From Gammaproteobacteria bacterium (lineage in GTDB: Bacteria; Pseudomonadota; Gammaproteobacteria; G965277405), in contig OZ255726.1 of the NCBI GenBank assembly GCA_965277405.1, positions 2,016,001-2,080,000 of the forward strand: a DNA stretch of 64,000 nt, written 5' to 3'. Made by a program: the position numbers and the translations under genes. Below, piece after piece: positions 19,435-31,054 of the stretch. The stretch's first letter is position 1, and each line of letters starts with the position of its first letter. The notes beneath the pieces are model-generated. The model did not search any database, had not been told where the DNA came from, and saw nothing but the letters and a program-made list of their open reading frames with translations.

Positions 19435-20706
19435 ATGATATTTGTGAACGATAGACCTATATACCAACAGCTTGATCAACGCAGGAAAAAAGCCGTAGCT
19501 GCTGCTGTTCCCCACGTCCAACCCATCTATGTGGCACGCGCAGAAAACGCCACATTGTGGGATGTCGAGGGGAATGCGTACATCGACTTCACGGGTGGTA
19601 ATGGGTCACACAATGTTGGGCATCAACACCCTACAGTCATCAATGCCATCAAAAAACAACTCGATGCCTTCACCCATACTGTATTTGCAGTTTCACCGTA
19701 TCAACAATATGTGCGCTTATGCGAGCGCATGAATACGCTTGCATGCGGAGACTTTGAAAAAAAAACCGCATTATTTACTACAGGTGCAGAAGCTGTTGAG
19801 AATGCGATTAAAGTTGCTAAAATAGCAACGCAAAGACAAGGTGTTATCGCCTTCACTGGGGCATATCATGGGCGCTCATTCGCTACGCTAGCGCTTACGG
19901 GCAAAGCTCTTCCTTACAGCAAGGACCTTGGTCTTATTCGTAATAATGTGTTTCGTGCTCGCTTTCCCCATACAGATACGACTATTGCTGATGCGCTTGC
20001 CTCGATTGAGCAAATTTTTGTTTGCGATAGCGCTCCTGCTGATATAGCAGCAATCATTATTGAGCCAGTGTTAGGTGAAGGTGGTTTTTTTGCCGCTCCA
20101 AAGGAGTTCATGCTGTATCTGCGCCAGGTATGCGACCAGCATGGTATCGTGCTCATCGCTGACGAAGTGCAATGCGGGGTGGGACGAACTGGGACTTTTT
20201 TTGCCATGGAACAAATGGGAACCTATCCTGACATCACCGTCTTTGCCAAGTCTATCGCAGCTGGTCTTCCGCTTGCTGGGATTACCGCCAAAGCTGAATT
20301 GATCGATGCAATTGCTCATGGTGGATTTGGTGGCACATATTCAGGTAACCCGCTAAGCTGTGCAGCTGCAAATGCAGTAATCGATGTTATTGCATCTGAA
20401 AAACTGCTCGAACAAGCGCAATACATCGGCACTCGCTTTAAAGATGCTATGTCCACATTGCAATTATCACACCCAGAGATTGAAACAGTCCATGGCATTG
20501 GTGCCATGGTGGCTTTCGCTTGCAAAGAACAATCACAAGCAGCTGCATTGATAAAGCACTGCCAGCGTAATGGGCTGTTGCTGCTATCAGCAGGTGCCAA
20601 AGGCAATATTATCCGCGTGCTGGTGCCGCTGACAATCCCTGCACAACAATTCCACGCAGGGATGCAGATTATCGCCGCAGGTTGCGCCAAGATTTTCGCA
20701 AAATAA
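19435..20706 (+). CDS. gabT: 4-aminobutyrate aminotransferase
   Basis: WDVEGN.YIDF, TTGAEAVENAIK, GAYHGR, IIEPVLGEGGF, LIADEVQ.G.GRTG, AKSIA.G.PL, GGTY.GNP. Confidence 0.92.
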   Translation: MIFVNDRPIYQQLDQRRKKAVAAAVPHVQPIYVARAENATLWDVEGNAYIDFTGGNGSHNVGHQHPTVINAIKKQLDAFTHTVFAVSPYQQYVRLCERMNTLACGDFEKKTALFTTGAEAVENAIKVAKIATQRQGVIAFTGAYHGRSFATLALTGKALPYSKDLGLIRNNVFRARFPHTDTTIADALASIEQIFVCDSAPADIAAIIIEPVLGEGGFFAAPKEFMLYLRQVCDQHGIVLIADEVQCGVGRTGTFFAMEQMGTYPDITVFAKSIAAGLPLAGITAKAELIDAIAHGGFGGTYSGNPLSCAAANAVIDVIASEKLLEQAQYIGTRFKDAMSTLQLSHPEIETVHGIGAMVAFACKEQSQAAALIKHCQRNGLLLLSAGAKGNIIRVLVPLTIPAQQFHAGMQIIAAGCAKIFAK

Positions 20707-20925
20707 TCTGTTACTATTCCCATGCAAAATAAAGGAGTAGTAAAGTAGCTGTTACTAGTAATGTTCGCTTGCTGGAGTAGCGTATTTGCCGTATTGCTAG
20801 CCCAAGTCCTGTACAATAGACATCATTGTCAACCAAACCATCAACCAAACCATCAACCAAACCGCGCTGCGGGCGATATTAATTGATATTGTTTTTATAT
20901 TTATTTTAACCTGCCAGGAGAACGT

Positions 20926-22041
20926 ATGAAAATAGGAGTGCCAAAAGAAATTAAAAACCATGAATACCGAGTTGGCCTTACTCCCAACAGTGTTCACGAG
21001 CTCGTTGCACATGGGCACAGTGTGGTGGTAGAAACAAATGCTGGTGCTGGTATTATGGCAACCAACGCTGATTATGAATCTGCCGGTGCGAGAATTGCAG
21101 CAACGGCCACAGATATTTTTGAAACTGCAACCCTCATCGTCAAAGTAAAAGAGCCGCAAGCGCATGAGCGGGCCATGCTGCGAGAAGGACAAATTTTATA
21201 TACATACCTACATTTGGCAGCAGATAAGCCGCAAACCGATGACCTGATACAAAGCAAAGCAACATGCATTGCGTATGAGACGATTACCGACGAGCAAGAC
21301 CTGTTACCTTTATTGCAACCAATGAGTCAAGTTGCAGGTCGGTTGTCAATTCAAGCTGGTGCGTATGCGCTGGAAAAAAGCCATAGTGGTTCGGGGGTAT
21401 TGCTCGGTGGAGTTCCAGGTGTCGCGCCAGCAAATGTGGTTATTATTGGTGGTGGTGTTGTTGGTTTTCATGCAGCGCAAATGGCTGTTGGCATGCAGTC
21501 AAACGTTACGATTCTTGATACCAACCCGCAGACGATCAACCGGCTAGACGCACACTTTGGACCTGCGGCACATATTATCCATGCAAATCGCGCTAATACC
21601 AGAGAACTAGTTCTCAATGCTGACTTGGTGATTGGCGCGGTGCTTATCCCTGGCGCTGCTGCGCCTAAGCTGGTGTCTGTAGAAATGGTGAAAGAAATGA
21701 AAGCAGGGTCAGTGATGGTCGACGTGGCGATTGACCAAGGTGGATGCTTTGCAACGTCAAAAGCTACAACCCATGCAGATCCAATGTATATCGTCGATAA
21801 TGTGGTGCACTACTGTGTTGCCAACATGCCTGGTGCTGTGCCGCGAACCTCAACGTACGCACTTAACAACGCCACATTGCCGCATTTGCTGTCGCTTGCG
21901 AACAAAGGTTGGAAACTAGCATTAAATGACGACATCCATTTGCGCAATGGTTTAAATGTCCACAACGGAGCAATCACCCATAAAGCCGTTGCCGCAACAT
22001 TTGGCTACGACTATACCGCTGCTGAGAATATTGTTTGTTAA
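20926..22041 (+). CDS. ald: Alanine dehydrogenase
   Basis: [61 protein letters not shown]. Confidence 0.97.
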   Translation: MKIGVPKEIKNHEYRVGLTPNSVHELVAHGHSVVVETNAGAGIMATNADYESAGARIAATATDIFETATLIVKVKEPQAHERAMLREGQILYTYLHLAADKPQTDDLIQSKATCIAYETITDEQDLLPLLQPMSQVAGRLSIQAGAYALEKSHSGSGVLLGGVPGVAPANVVIIGGGVVGFHAAQMAVGMQSNVTILDTNPQTINRLDAHFGPAAHIIHANRANTRELVLNADLVIGAVLIPGAAAPKLVSVEMVKEMKAGSVMVDVAIDQGGCFATSKATTHADPMYIVDNVVHYCVANMPGAVPRTSTYALNNATLPHLLSLANKGWKLALNDDIHLRNGLNVHNGAITHKAVAATFGYDYTAAENIVC

Positions 22042-22205
22042 CTTAACGCATACAGCGCCAGCAGCCACACCACAATCGCGCTGAAAAACAGTCGTTACAA
22101 CACCATCAATCATAATTTATCGAATACCCGCAATGCAATTGAAAAAAAGAGCAAAGCAAGCTGTGACAGGGTATTGCTGCATGATAAGATCTTTCCTAAT
22201 TTAAC

Positions 22206-23594
22206 ATGAAAAAAGAAATGCCTAACGTTCACTCACATTTTCCCCATATATCTGCTTCCCATATATCTGCTGTCATAATAACTGCAATCCTGATTACAAT
22301 ATCTGGTGCGGCTAACTCCCATTTCGAGTTCATGACGGCAGCGCGTATTATTCACATCAGCCGTACTGATCAATTACCTAACACAGATATTGCTGTGCCT
22401 AGTGGTCAAGTGCTGCCAACGGGACTGCGCATTCTGATGCGTATTCCAGCGCCTTTTATTTATGCCCAAGCGCTCTCAACCATAACCAGTCCAGAAGACC
22501 TAGTGGTTGCGCCTTTTCTGCAGGCAAGCCTGGTGGACGGTACCAGGTTGTATGGATTGGATCGCATGGCAATTGGCAAGGATCCAAGCGGCTTTGCTAC
22601 ATTCGTTGCCAATGGGTATCGGGTAATGCAAGCGGGTAAGGAGCTGAAGATGATTCCAGTGCGGACCAGCATACACGATAACCGCAACCTGACGAATTTC
22701 AGTGATATTGAGAGAGCGCTGGATTCATTTAGTTACAGCGATGACTATTTGACTGCTCTCCCTAATGTTGGCGATAGTGTCATCGATATTGATATTTGGC
22801 TTCCTGATGCTGTGGCAACGTCCACTCTCAGTATTCAAAGTGTGCTGCCCCAAATCGCCGTCCCAGCAGATTTTTATCTTGAAAATTTTGGATTTGATCA
22901 CCGTTTTGGCACTGTGCGCCCCTTAAGCGCTAAAGGTCAGCTTAGCAGCCCTATGAGTTTTGACGGCTCCTTGGGTTCGTCTCTCCTCCATTATATCTGG
23001 CAGGGCATGGAGCATATTTTCATCGGCATTGATCATGTATTGTTCGTCATCTGTCTGGCCTTGGCTGCTGGATTGTCGAGGCGAATCCTGTGGTCGATCA
23101 CCGGTTTCACCCTTGGACACTCGATTACCTTGGCATCGGGTACTTTTGGTTTTGTGCCACACGGCGCTTGGTTTCCACCAGCAATCGAATTGACGATTGC
23201 CTTGTCGATTATTGTTGCGGCTGGCTTGGTGCTGTTTAATCTCTGGCGGACAAGGTCGCAAATCAATTCATCCCCTTGGTCGTTATTTGCACTGACTGGT
23301 CTGATAGGTTTGCTGCATGGATATGGGTTTTCATTTGTATTTGGCGATTTGCTGGGTGGATCGGTACAACAAGTGACAATCGCGCTTGTTGGCTTCAATA
23401 TTGGCGTTGAAATTGGTCAATTGTTGATTGTTGCTGCGGTGCTGGTCATAGTGATGGCTGTCAGCTTTATTTCCACACGACTGTCCAAATGGCTGTCATC
23501 GGCAATTGCCGCTGGTAGCATTGGCATCGCTAGTATCTGGGTGGTTGAACGGGGCATATTGCTGCAAAGCGAGCTGGCACCTTGGTTTGGATAA
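22206..23594 (+). CDS. HupE/UreJ family membrane protein with large periplasmic N-terminal domain
   Basis: GMEHIFIGIDHVLFV, ITGFTLGHSITL, GLLHGYGF, FNIGVEIGQ. Confidence 0.85.
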   Translation: MKKEMPNVHSHFPHISASHISAVIITAILITISGAANSHFEFMTAARIIHISRTDQLPNTDIAVPSGQVLPTGLRILMRIPAPFIYAQALSTITSPEDLVVAPFLQASLVDGTRLYGLDRMAIGKDPSGFATFVANGYRVMQAGKELKMIPVRTSIHDNRNLTNFSDIERALDSFSYSDDYLTALPNVGDSVIDIDIWLPDAVATSTLSIQSVLPQIAVPADFYLENFGFDHRFGTVRPLSAKGQLSSPMSFDGSLGSSLLHYIWQGMEHIFIGIDHVLFVICLALAAGLSRRILWSITGFTLGHSITLASGTFGFVPHGAWFPPAIELTIALSIIVAAGLVLFNLWRTRSQINSSPWSLFALTGLIGLLHGYGFSFVFGDLLGGSVQQVTIALVGFNIGVEIGQLLIVAAVLVIVMAVSFISTRLSKWLSSAIAAGSIGIASIWVVERGILLQSELAPWFG

Positions 23595-23722
23595 AACAGG
23601 CGGATGTTGCTTCTAACTTGTGCACATCGCGTCGTCTGTTGGTGGGGATATAAATACCCCACCATTGAAAAAATAGCAACACAACAAGCCGACAGCCATG
23701 ATAAGCGGCAATATTGAGCTAA

Positions 23723-23810
23723 GTGTAAATGCTACGGAGGTTGTTCAGACATCAGCTAACAAACTCGCTGATGGAGCGAGTTTGTTGCTAATTGCAGTTG
23801 GTGAAGCGCA
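23723..23810 (+). repeat. MITE-related fragment: 37-bp repeat plus hairpin AAACTCGCT-GATGG-AGCGAGTTT
   Basis: 23724-23760 recurs at 57687-57723 (1 mismatch); hairpin matches the MITE left arm; lies between convergent genes. Confidence 0.7.
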
Positions 23811-23823
23811 TGGGATATTTGTG

Positions 23824-25647
23824 TTAAGCGCTGCGGCTTTGCTCATTCGCGCTCGTTGCGGCAACGATTGGCTCCTTATGGTTTTGCAGTGTTTGCAGAA
23901 TGGCTAAATATTGTCTGCACGATTTTTCGTCTGTGGCATTTTTTTTTGTTGACTGCAACAGCCAATATATGGTTTGTTGGAGTGCTTGAATAAATGTTGC
24001 TGCTGACGGCTCTAAAATATCTTTTTGTGCTAATGCAGTGACCACTTTCACGAATGACTGGTCATTTAATTCACTCAATACTATTGATGGCTGAATAGTT
24101 GGATTATCGCGTACCCGCTGAATATACGCAAAAATGGTGTTTAAGCGCCGATCATGCAATTGTTCAGCAATTTCCACAAGATACGCAGGCAGACTTGCCG
24201 CCAAATGTGGATAAAACAATACGTGCCAGATTGGGGTTTGCAGTGCAGTTGCCCAATGTGTTATCGGCGCAGCTGGCTGTGTGGTAGACGTAAACTCAGT
24301 CGTGTGCGTGGTATTGCTGTTAACGTTTTTGTTAAGGGCATCAGTCGCTTGGGTGTTGTCGACGAGCTCAGATTTAGTGTGGAGTATCGCTGGGTTGATT
24401 TGCGCTTGTGTGGCTAAGTATTCAATTAATAAGGTGCGATACGAGCCTTGGGGAATGTGTCCAGTCAAATTAGCTGCAGCATCACTAAATGTATTTTTGC
24501 CTTCAACGGTATTGCAGTTATGTGCAAGTGTGAGACTTTGGCTGATAAACTCTGAGAGTTGCAATGCATTGCTGAGTACATTTTCAAATGCTGCGCGACC
24601 ATTGCTGCGAATATGTTCATCAGGGTCAACCCCTTCTGGCAAAAATGCAAAGCGGCAATCGTGACCATTCCCCAAGTGCAGTAATACTGCTTGCATGGCG
24701 CGCCATGCGGCTTGGCGTCCCGCAGCATCACCATCAAAACAAAATACTAATTGCGGTGCGTTACCAATCAGCAATTTTGCTTGTTGGTTGGTCACAGCAG
24801 TACCCATGCACGCAACAGCACCTGGAATTTGTTGTTGGTGTAATGCCAATACATCCATGTAGCCTTCTACAACAATCAGCCGCTGGGTCCGCGCAGGCAG
24901 CAACGATAGACCATAGATTATTCTCCCTTTACTAAAGATAATCGAGTCAGTTGAATTAATATACTTGGGTTGCTGGTTCGCCAGTGCCCGCCCGCCAAAA
25001 CCAACAACGCGTTGTTTGCGGTCGTATATAGGAAACATAAGCCTGTCGCGCATGGCAGGGTATATATCGCCTTGTCTGTCACTTTGCTTGGCAACCCCGA
25101 GCGTTAGTAACGTTTCCGTAGCTGTTGTTTGGATCAGTTCTGTCAGCAAACCCTGACTATTTGCCGGCGCATAGCCAAGACCAAACGTTTTTGCTGTGGT
25201 ACCGTCGATTCCCCTTGATGTGGCATAATCAATGGCTTGTTGCTTGTTTGGATGTTGGTATAATTGTTGCACATACCAGCGTTGTACACGCGCAAGAATT
25301 TGATATTCAACCACAGCAGCGGGCGCAGCAGGCTGGTGTGTAGTTTCATACTCAACCGCAACGCCAGCATAGGCGGCAATTCGTTCAATCGCAGCAACAT
25401 AGTCATCACCATGGATGCCCATCACAAATTGGGTAAAACCACCAGATGCCCCACAGCCAAAACAATGGTATAACTGTTTGTGTGGCGAGACACTCATCGA
25501 TGGTGTGTGGTCATCGTGGAACGGGCAGGTGACTAATAAGTTATTGGTTCCAGAGCGTTTAACCCCTTTGACATGGCTGGTAACATAGCCGGCAAAATCA
25601 GCATTATCTAATAATCGGTCAATAAAGGTTGCGCTAATTCTTGGCAT
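23824..25647 (-). CDS. dnaG: DNA primase
   Basis: CPFHDDHTPSM...YHCFGCG zinc finger, RLMFPI, GFGGR, PKYINS, VVEGYMDV, FCFDGDAAG, DPD; start MPRIS at 25647. Confidence 0.96.
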   Translation of the reverse strand: MPRISATFIDRLLDNADFAGYVTSHVKGVKRSGTNNLLVTCPFHDDHTPSMSVSPHKQLYHCFGCGASGGFTQFVMGIHGDDYVAAIERIAAYAGVAVEYETTHQPAAPAAVVEYQILARVQRWYVQQLYQHPNKQQAIDYATSRGIDGTTAKTFGLGYAPANSQGLLTELIQTTATETLLTLGVAKQSDRQGDIYPAMRDRLMFPIYDRKQRVVGFGGRALANQQPKYINSTDSIIFSKGRIIYGLSLLPARTQRLIVVEGYMDVLALHQQQIPGAVACMGTAVTNQQAKLLIGNAPQLVFCFDGDAAGRQAAWRAMQAVLLHLGNGHDCRFAFLPEGVDPDEHIRSNGRAAFENVLSNALQLSEFISQSLTLAHNCNTVEGKNTFSDAAANLTGHIPQGSYRTLLIEYLATQAQINPAILHTKSELVDNTQATDALNKNVNSNTTHTTEFTSTTQPAAPITHWATALQTPIWHVLFYPHLAASLPAYLVEIAEQLHDRRLNTIFAYIQRVRDNPTIQPSIVLSELNDQSFVKVVTALAQKDILEPSAATFIQALQQTIYWLLQSTKKNATDEKSCRQYLAILQTLQNHKEPIVAATSANEQSRSA

Positions 25648-25680
25648 CGTGGTTAAGCAAATTTTGTTGTTGGCAGATAA

Positions 25681-25969
25681 GGAACCTCTGATTAAGTCGC
25701 TGATGGAGCGAGTTTGATGGCAATTGCTGATGATTGCAAGGCGCATTCCGCTGAGCGCATGCCAAGCTTATACGCCAAGGGATGCAACACAGCAAGGTCA
25801 GCAATTGCCGCAAAGCATAAGTATATTCAACAGATGGACGGAAAAAAACACTGCGCTAACGTCGTTGCAGCACTTGGCAACACCCACAAGAGTATTATCT
25901 GCGCACTGCGTCTAGTTATCATCAGCGTTTTTTTCCGTCTCGCCCATCGTGGGCTTAATCAGAGGTTCC
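25681..25969 (+). mobile_element. IS5-type MITE, complete
   Basis: Both TIRs present; flanks ATAA / CTAA. Confidence 0.93.
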
Positions 25970-26021
25970 CTAATAGTACGCATGTTCAATATCCATGGTG
26001 TATTGTTATTAGCGACAAATA

Positions 26022-26918
26022 TCAGTCATGCCAAAGCCACGCAGCACCACGGACTCCACTAGAATCGCCATGTTTGGCTTGGACGATTGGCGTTAAAAAT
26101 GTATCAGGAACGATATATGGTTCAATATGTTCAGCTAGGGTGTGATAGATATACGGGATATTCGATATCCCACCGCCGAGCACAAAAATATCTGGATCGA
26201 GGATATTGACGATTAGTGCCATTTGCCTGCCGAGCCGGTCTATATAGCGTTCAAACGTTGCTGCCGCGCGTTGTTCGCCTTGTTCATAGCGCTCAATAAT
26301 TGATTCGCCATTCAGCTTTTCTCCGCCTGACATCCGATAATCCAAACAAAAACCAGTGCCTGAAATATACATTTCGGCGCAACCTTTCAATCCACACGGG
26401 CATTGCAACCCAGGAAACTCATCATCAGTCATCCATGCTAAGGGAACGTGACCAAATTCGCCAGTAATGTTATGGCGACCAGCAACTGGAAGGCGTTTAT
26501 ACGCGATTCCAGAGCCTAGACCAGTACCAAGAATTATTGCAAATACCAAATCATGCCCAGCTGCATTGCCATCAGTGGCTTCAGAAATAGCTAAACAATT
26601 GGCGTCATTCTCGATGCGAACTTCATGTTTGAGCAAAGTTTCGATGTCCTCTTTAAACGGCATGTTATTCAAACATTGAAAATTCGCACCTTGTATCAGC
26701 CCTGTCTCTGGAGAAACACCGCCAGGCATGCCGATGCCAACAGTGCATCGTGAGCCGACTTGCTGTTGGGCATGATGGATGAGCTTGACAATTGCATCGA
26801 TTGTTTGGGTATAGCCATTTAATGGTGTTGGCACACGGTGGCGAAAATGAATGTTGCTTGCTGCATCGAGGACGATGACTTCAATTTTTGTGCCGCCTAA
26901 ATCGATTCCAATATGCAT
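26022..26918 (-). CDS. mak: ROK family sugar kinase (fructokinase Mak-like)
   Basis: IGIDLGGTKIE, ENDANC.A.SEA.DG, ILGTG.G, GEFGH, CPCG..GCAE, HGDSSGVRGAAWLW. Confidence 0.85.
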   Translation of the reverse strand: MHIGIDLGGTKIEVIVLDAASNIHFRHRVPTPLNGYTQTIDAIVKLIHHAQQQVGSRCTVGIGMPGGVSPETGLIQGANFQCLNNMPFKEDIETLLKHEVRIENDANCLAISEATDGNAAGHDLVFAIILGTGLGSGIAYKRLPVAGRHNITGEFGHVPLAWMTDDEFPGLQCPCGLKGCAEMYISGTGFCLDYRMSGGEKLNGESIIERYEQGEQRAAATFERYIDRLGRQMALIVNILDPDIFVLGGGISNIPYIYHTLAEHIEPYIVPDTFLTPIVQAKHGDSSGVRGAAWLWHD

Positions 26919-27043
26919 TACTATTAACTATTTCCTGTAATAACTTGGCAGCGCGCTGCGCTATGATTTTGTAAATAAATGATGAGGTTCCTAAGCCGAA
27001 TGTTGACGTTGCCGCCTGAATACTTTAATCCATTGAGCACAAA

Positions 27044-28867
27044 CTACTTTGTCAGCGTGTGCAGTAGCGCAAGTGTTGGTGTTAATTGAATATCACCAAC
27101 TTGGGAAAGCCGTGGTTGCAATGCACCAGTGCTGTCAAACATGTATAACGCTGGCGGTCCAGGAAGGTCAAATACTGCCAGCAATGCGGTGCTGCTGGCA
27201 TTAACTGCAGTGACATCAACAACTATGAACTTCATTGGTGCAATTGCAGTCTGAAATTTGTTGTTTGCTAATACCTGTGTTTCGATGTATTTACAACTGA
27301 TACACCATTGCGCGGTAACATATACGATGGCAGGTTGTTGTTGTTGCTTGGCGACTTGCAATGCAGTGTCTAACGCGGGCACCGTTGTGACTACTTGCTG
27401 CGTCTGTTGATATGCAGCAGCATTTGTTTGCAGCACAGGTTGAAATAATTGGACAAACTTAAGCGCTCCGTACAACAAAGAGAATATCGCAATAGATACC
27501 CCAATCGTACGCACTGCCAGTTGCTTGCTCAACAAGGCGCGATTCCCAAGGTATACGGCAAATACCACAAACAACACGGCAAATAGGCTATCGCTGATTA
27601 TGGGTAGAACTGTTCTGCTTAATGTCCATATCGCAACAAATAACAGGATAAAACCAATGATTTGATTGGTGATATTCAGCCATGCACCTGACTTAGGGAG
27701 CATTTCCTTGCCAAGTATTGCAATAACAACAATAGGAAGACTCATCCCCAACGCCACTAATGCGAGTGCAGTCCCGCCAATGACCGGACTGCCTGCGTGG
27801 GTTAAAAAAGCCAGCAATGCTGCCAAAGGTGCAGTCATACATGGTGATATCAACAATGCCGAAAACATGCCAGTGGCGATCATTCCAAGTACGCTGCTGG
27901 CGCTAAAAGTGTTCAGTTTGGCATTCAGCTTATTCTGCCATGTATGTGGTAGGGTCAAGCGACCAACACCAAACATGACCCCAGCCAAGCCAACAAAAAT
28001 TACAGCAGTAGCGATAATCAACCATGGTTGTTGCAAAGACAACTGTATTGCATTGCCAAATATCCCTATCAATAATCCGCCAAGCGCATACACCAAGGTG
28101 AATGATGCAATATAAATTCCCAGCAATATAAATAACTTCGACCGCGATACATTGCTCGCTTGTACAATACTCACAATTAGCGGCAGAGTGGGATACACAC
28201 ACGGAGTCAACGCTAATGCAAATCCTGCCCCTAAAAACACCAAGGCAATGACCCACCATGATGCATTCGATAGTTTTTGAATAAGCTGCTGGTGGGTAGA
28301 AGTTATTACGTTTGCCAATGCCAACCGCGTAATATTTTGCTGGATGGTCGCTGCTAGTGCTGGTTGTGCAGTATTTTGAACTGCATTTGCCAGCAAATTA
28401 TTCACAGTTCCAGTATTCATAGTTGGCTGTGCTGTGTCAGCAACGCGGATAATGCGCTGTTGTGGCGGATAACAAATACCGCCTTGCCAGCAGCCTTGAT
28501 ATTTGACAACTATATGGGCGTCTGGCTGGCGTGGTTGACTCGTAACAATTGGTATTTGCACAAAATTAAGATAGACATCTTGCTCACCGAAATACTGATC
28601 ATTAATGGTTTCATTGCTCGGCGGATAGGCAACATCTATGATGTCGACCCCAACACCTTGTATATCGAATTTACTTCGATACAAATAGTAGTATGGGGCT
28701 ATCGACCAAGTTACGGCATGGTGTTGGTTGTCTGCGCTAAACACCTCATATTGGTAGGCGTTGGCTACAGTAAGTGGACCTTTGTTGAGCTCAAGCTGTG
28801 GAATCTCCCCAATGGCGTGGGCTGCAACCGTATTCAGCAGCAATATCAAAGCAAATAAATAGCGCAT
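27044..28867 (-). CDS. dsbD: Thiol:disulfide interchange protein
   Basis: YQGCWQGGICYPP, LTPCVYP, SPCMTAPL, AQWCISCK; probable start MRYLFA at 28867. Confidence 0.93.
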   Translation of the reverse strand: MRYLFALILLLNTVAAHAIGEIPQLELNKGPLTVANAYQYEVFSADNQHHAVTWSIAPYYYLYRSKFDIQGVGVDIIDVAYPPSNETINDQYFGEQDVYLNFVQIPIVTSQPRQPDAHIVVKYQGCWQGGICYPPQQRIIRVADTAQPTMNTGTVNNLLANAVQNTAQPALAATIQQNITRLALANVITSTHQQLIQKLSNASWWVIALVFLGAGFALALTPCVYPTLPLIVSIVQASNVSRSKLFILLGIYIASFTLVYALGGLLIGIFGNAIQLSLQQPWLIIATAVIFVGLAGVMFGVGRLTLPHTWQNKLNAKLNTFSASSVLGMIATGMFSALLISPCMTAPLAALLAFLTHAGSPVIGGTALALVALGMSLPIVVIAILGKEMLPKSGAWLNITNQIIGFILLFVAIWTLSRTVLPIISDSLFAVLFVVFAVYLGNRALLSKQLAVRTIGVSIAIFSLLYGALKFVQLFQPVLQTNAAAYQQTQQVVTTVPALDTALQVAKQQQQPAIVYVTAQWCISCKYIETQVLANNKFQTAIAPMKFIVVDVTAVNASSTALLAVFDLPGPPALYMFDSTGALQPRLSQVGDIQLTPTLALLHTLTK

Positions 28868-28886
28868 ATAGCTTAGTGCATACACT

Positions 28887-29846
28887 TTATAATAGCGCGT
28901 GCGCTTGCACGTCTGCATGGTATGAAGAACGCACCATCGGGCCACTCGCTACAGCAGCGAAGCCAATTTCTTCCCCAAACAGCCGCAGTGCATCAAACTC
29001 ATCCGGATGCACATAGCGTTTAACTGGAAGGTGCGAGCGACTCGGCTGCAAATACTGCCCTAGGGTGAGCATGTCGACGTTATATTTGCGCAGGTCGCTC
29101 ATGACTTGCATTGTTTCTTCAATAGTTTCTCCTACTCCCAGCATCAACCCTGATTTGGTGCGCACATCTGCGCATTGTACTTTAAATTGACCGAGTAACT
29201 CTAGTGAATGCAGATAATCGGAACCAGGGCGAACTTCTTTATACAAACGCGGCACTGTTTCCAAGTTATGGTTAAAAATGTCTGGAATCTGCGTTGCCAT
29301 TATGGTGATGGCAACGTCTCTACGCCCACGAAAATCGGGGACGAGTACTTCGATCATTAACTGTTCGTCAGCTGCGCGCAGCGCAGCAATGCAATTGACA
29401 AAATGCGCTGCGCCGCCATCGCGTAAATCGTCTCGGTCTACCGATGTAATCACCACATGGCGTAAGCCGAGCTTGCCAACGGCATCTGCTAAACCCTGCG
29501 GCTCCTTTTCGTCTAATGGCAACGGCCTGCCGTGGGCAACATCACAAAACGGGCAGCGCCGCGTACAAATATCGCCCATTATCATAAATGTTGCAGTGCC
29601 GTTTGCAAAACACTCGCTTAGATTTGGACATTGTGCTTCTTCACACACACTATGGAGTTTGTTTTCGCGGAGTAGATTTTTTACTTTTTGTACTGCGGGG
29701 GAATTCGACAAGCGGGTGCGGATCCACGCAGGCTTCGGCAATATTTCACCAGTAGTGACAATTTTGACAGGTATCAATTCAACTTTAGCTTGACCACGGA
29801 GTTTTACTCCAGGCTCTGCTCGTTGGCGACGCTGTGGTTGATTCAT
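28887..29846 (-). CDS. lipA: Lipoyl synthase
   Basis: [28 protein letters not shown]. Confidence 0.97.
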   Translation of the reverse strand: MNQPQRRQRAEPGVKLRGQAKVELIPVKIVTTGEILPKPAWIRTRLSNSPAVQKVKNLLRENKLHSVCEEAQCPNLSECFANGTATFMIMGDICTRRCPFCDVAHGRPLPLDEKEPQGLADAVGKLGLRHVVITSVDRDDLRDGGAAHFVNCIAALRAADEQLMIEVLVPDFRGRRDVAITIMATQIPDIFNHNLETVPRLYKEVRPGSDYLHSLELLGQFKVQCADVRTKSGLMLGVGETIEETMQVMSDLRKYNVDMLTLGQYLQPSRSHLPVKRYVHPDEFDALRLFGEEIGFAAVASGPMVRSSYHADVQAHALL

Positions 29847-30466
29847 GAAGATAAGTGTTGATAGGTATAAGAGATTGCTAATCGTGCACAGAGTTGGGAG
29901 ATAAATCGATAAGAAACTTGGCGAATAGAGAAATCATTGGTGTAATCAGCTAATTGGCTAACTTGCAGCCCGGCAAAACCACACGGGTCGATATTACTAA
30001 ACGCTGATAAATCCATATCAATATTGAGGCTTATCCCATGCAAGCAACGACGATTGCGAATGCGTATCCCCAACGAAGCAATTTTTTTTCCTGCGACATA
30101 CACTCCTGGGCGTTTTGGATCGCTATACGCTGCAAGGTGAAAACTGGCAAACACAGCAATCGCGCATTCTTCGAGTAGCTGAACCAGCTTGCGGATATGT
30201 AATTGATAGCTATCAAGTCGCAACAACGGATACACGACTAACTGCCCCAAGCCGTGGTAGGTCATCAACCCGCCACGATCGCTGCGATATACAGGGATAT
30301 TGGTATCGATGGTTTGCAGTCCAGCGGCGTTTGTGCCGTATGTATAACACGCTGGGTGCTCAACAATCCACACTGTTTCACAACTATCGGCTGTGGCAAT
30401 ATGCTGCTGCATCGCCAACATACATTTTTGATACTCAACAACGCCGAGTTCACAAACCGCAAGCAC
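29843..30466 (-). CDS. lipB: Octanoyltransferase
   Basis: VEHP..YT.G, DRGG..TYHG.GQ, KIASLG, HG.SLN, IDPCG. Confidence 0.95.
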   Translation of the reverse strand: MLAVCELGVVEYQKCMLAMQQHIATADSCETVWIVEHPACYTYGTNAAGLQTIDTNIPVYRSDRGGLMTYHGLGQLVVYPLLRLDSYQLHIRKLVQLLEECAIAVFASFHLAAYSDPKRPGVYVAGKKIASLGIRIRNRRCLHGISLNIDMDLSAFSNIDPCGFAGLQVSQLADYTNDFSIRQVSYRFISQLCARLAISYTYQHLSS

Positions 30467-30471
30467 TGCCG

Positions 30472-30825
30472 TTATAATACCATCCGCACAGCAGTATTAG
30501 CTTGCAAAGCGCGAACGAATGCAGTGAGTTGAGGTTCGTTATCGATATCAGCAAACACCGTTACTGCAGCATAATTACGATGCTTGCTGGTGCGCACAGC
30601 GGTGCGTTGATTGTGTAAGGTAATCCCCGATCGTGCCGCGGTTTGTTGGACGTATTGTTTAATATCAAAATCATGTTGTTGGTCTGCAATGATTTTAATG
30701 ATGTATTCGCGTTGCGGGAACGTAATAGTAACAGCGTTCGCCTCATCAGTTGCAAGCGTAGTGACGTTAATTGGCTCAGGTGAAATATGTGTTGCAGTTG
30801 AGTTTCTATCTAGCAAATCCTTCAT
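30472..30825 (-). CDS. YbeD/DUF493 family protein
   Basis: FP..Y.IKII, S....Y.AVTV, terminal VRMVL; usual position upstream of lipB. Confidence 0.8.
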   Translation of the reverse strand: MKDLLDRNSTATHISPEPINVTTLATDEANAVTITFPQREYIIKIIADQQHDFDIKQYVQQTAARSGITLHNQRTAVRTSKHRNYAAVTVFADIDNEPQLTAFVRALQANTAVRMVL

Positions 30826-31054
30826 GTGTCGATCCGATATTCCGATATTCCGATAAAGTGTTGAACAGAAATGTTCAACGGCGGTGATTATTCAATGCCA
30901 TATCTAATATGCAAGAAATTTATTGCTAACCGATGATAATACTACCCTTTGTTGAGGGTGCGCTGGTGTGGATAGCTCGTGTGCACAACACATTGCAATT
31001 GCTGGTTTGCGTGTGGGTAGGCAATACCTGTAAAAACTATCCACAAAAATGCCA

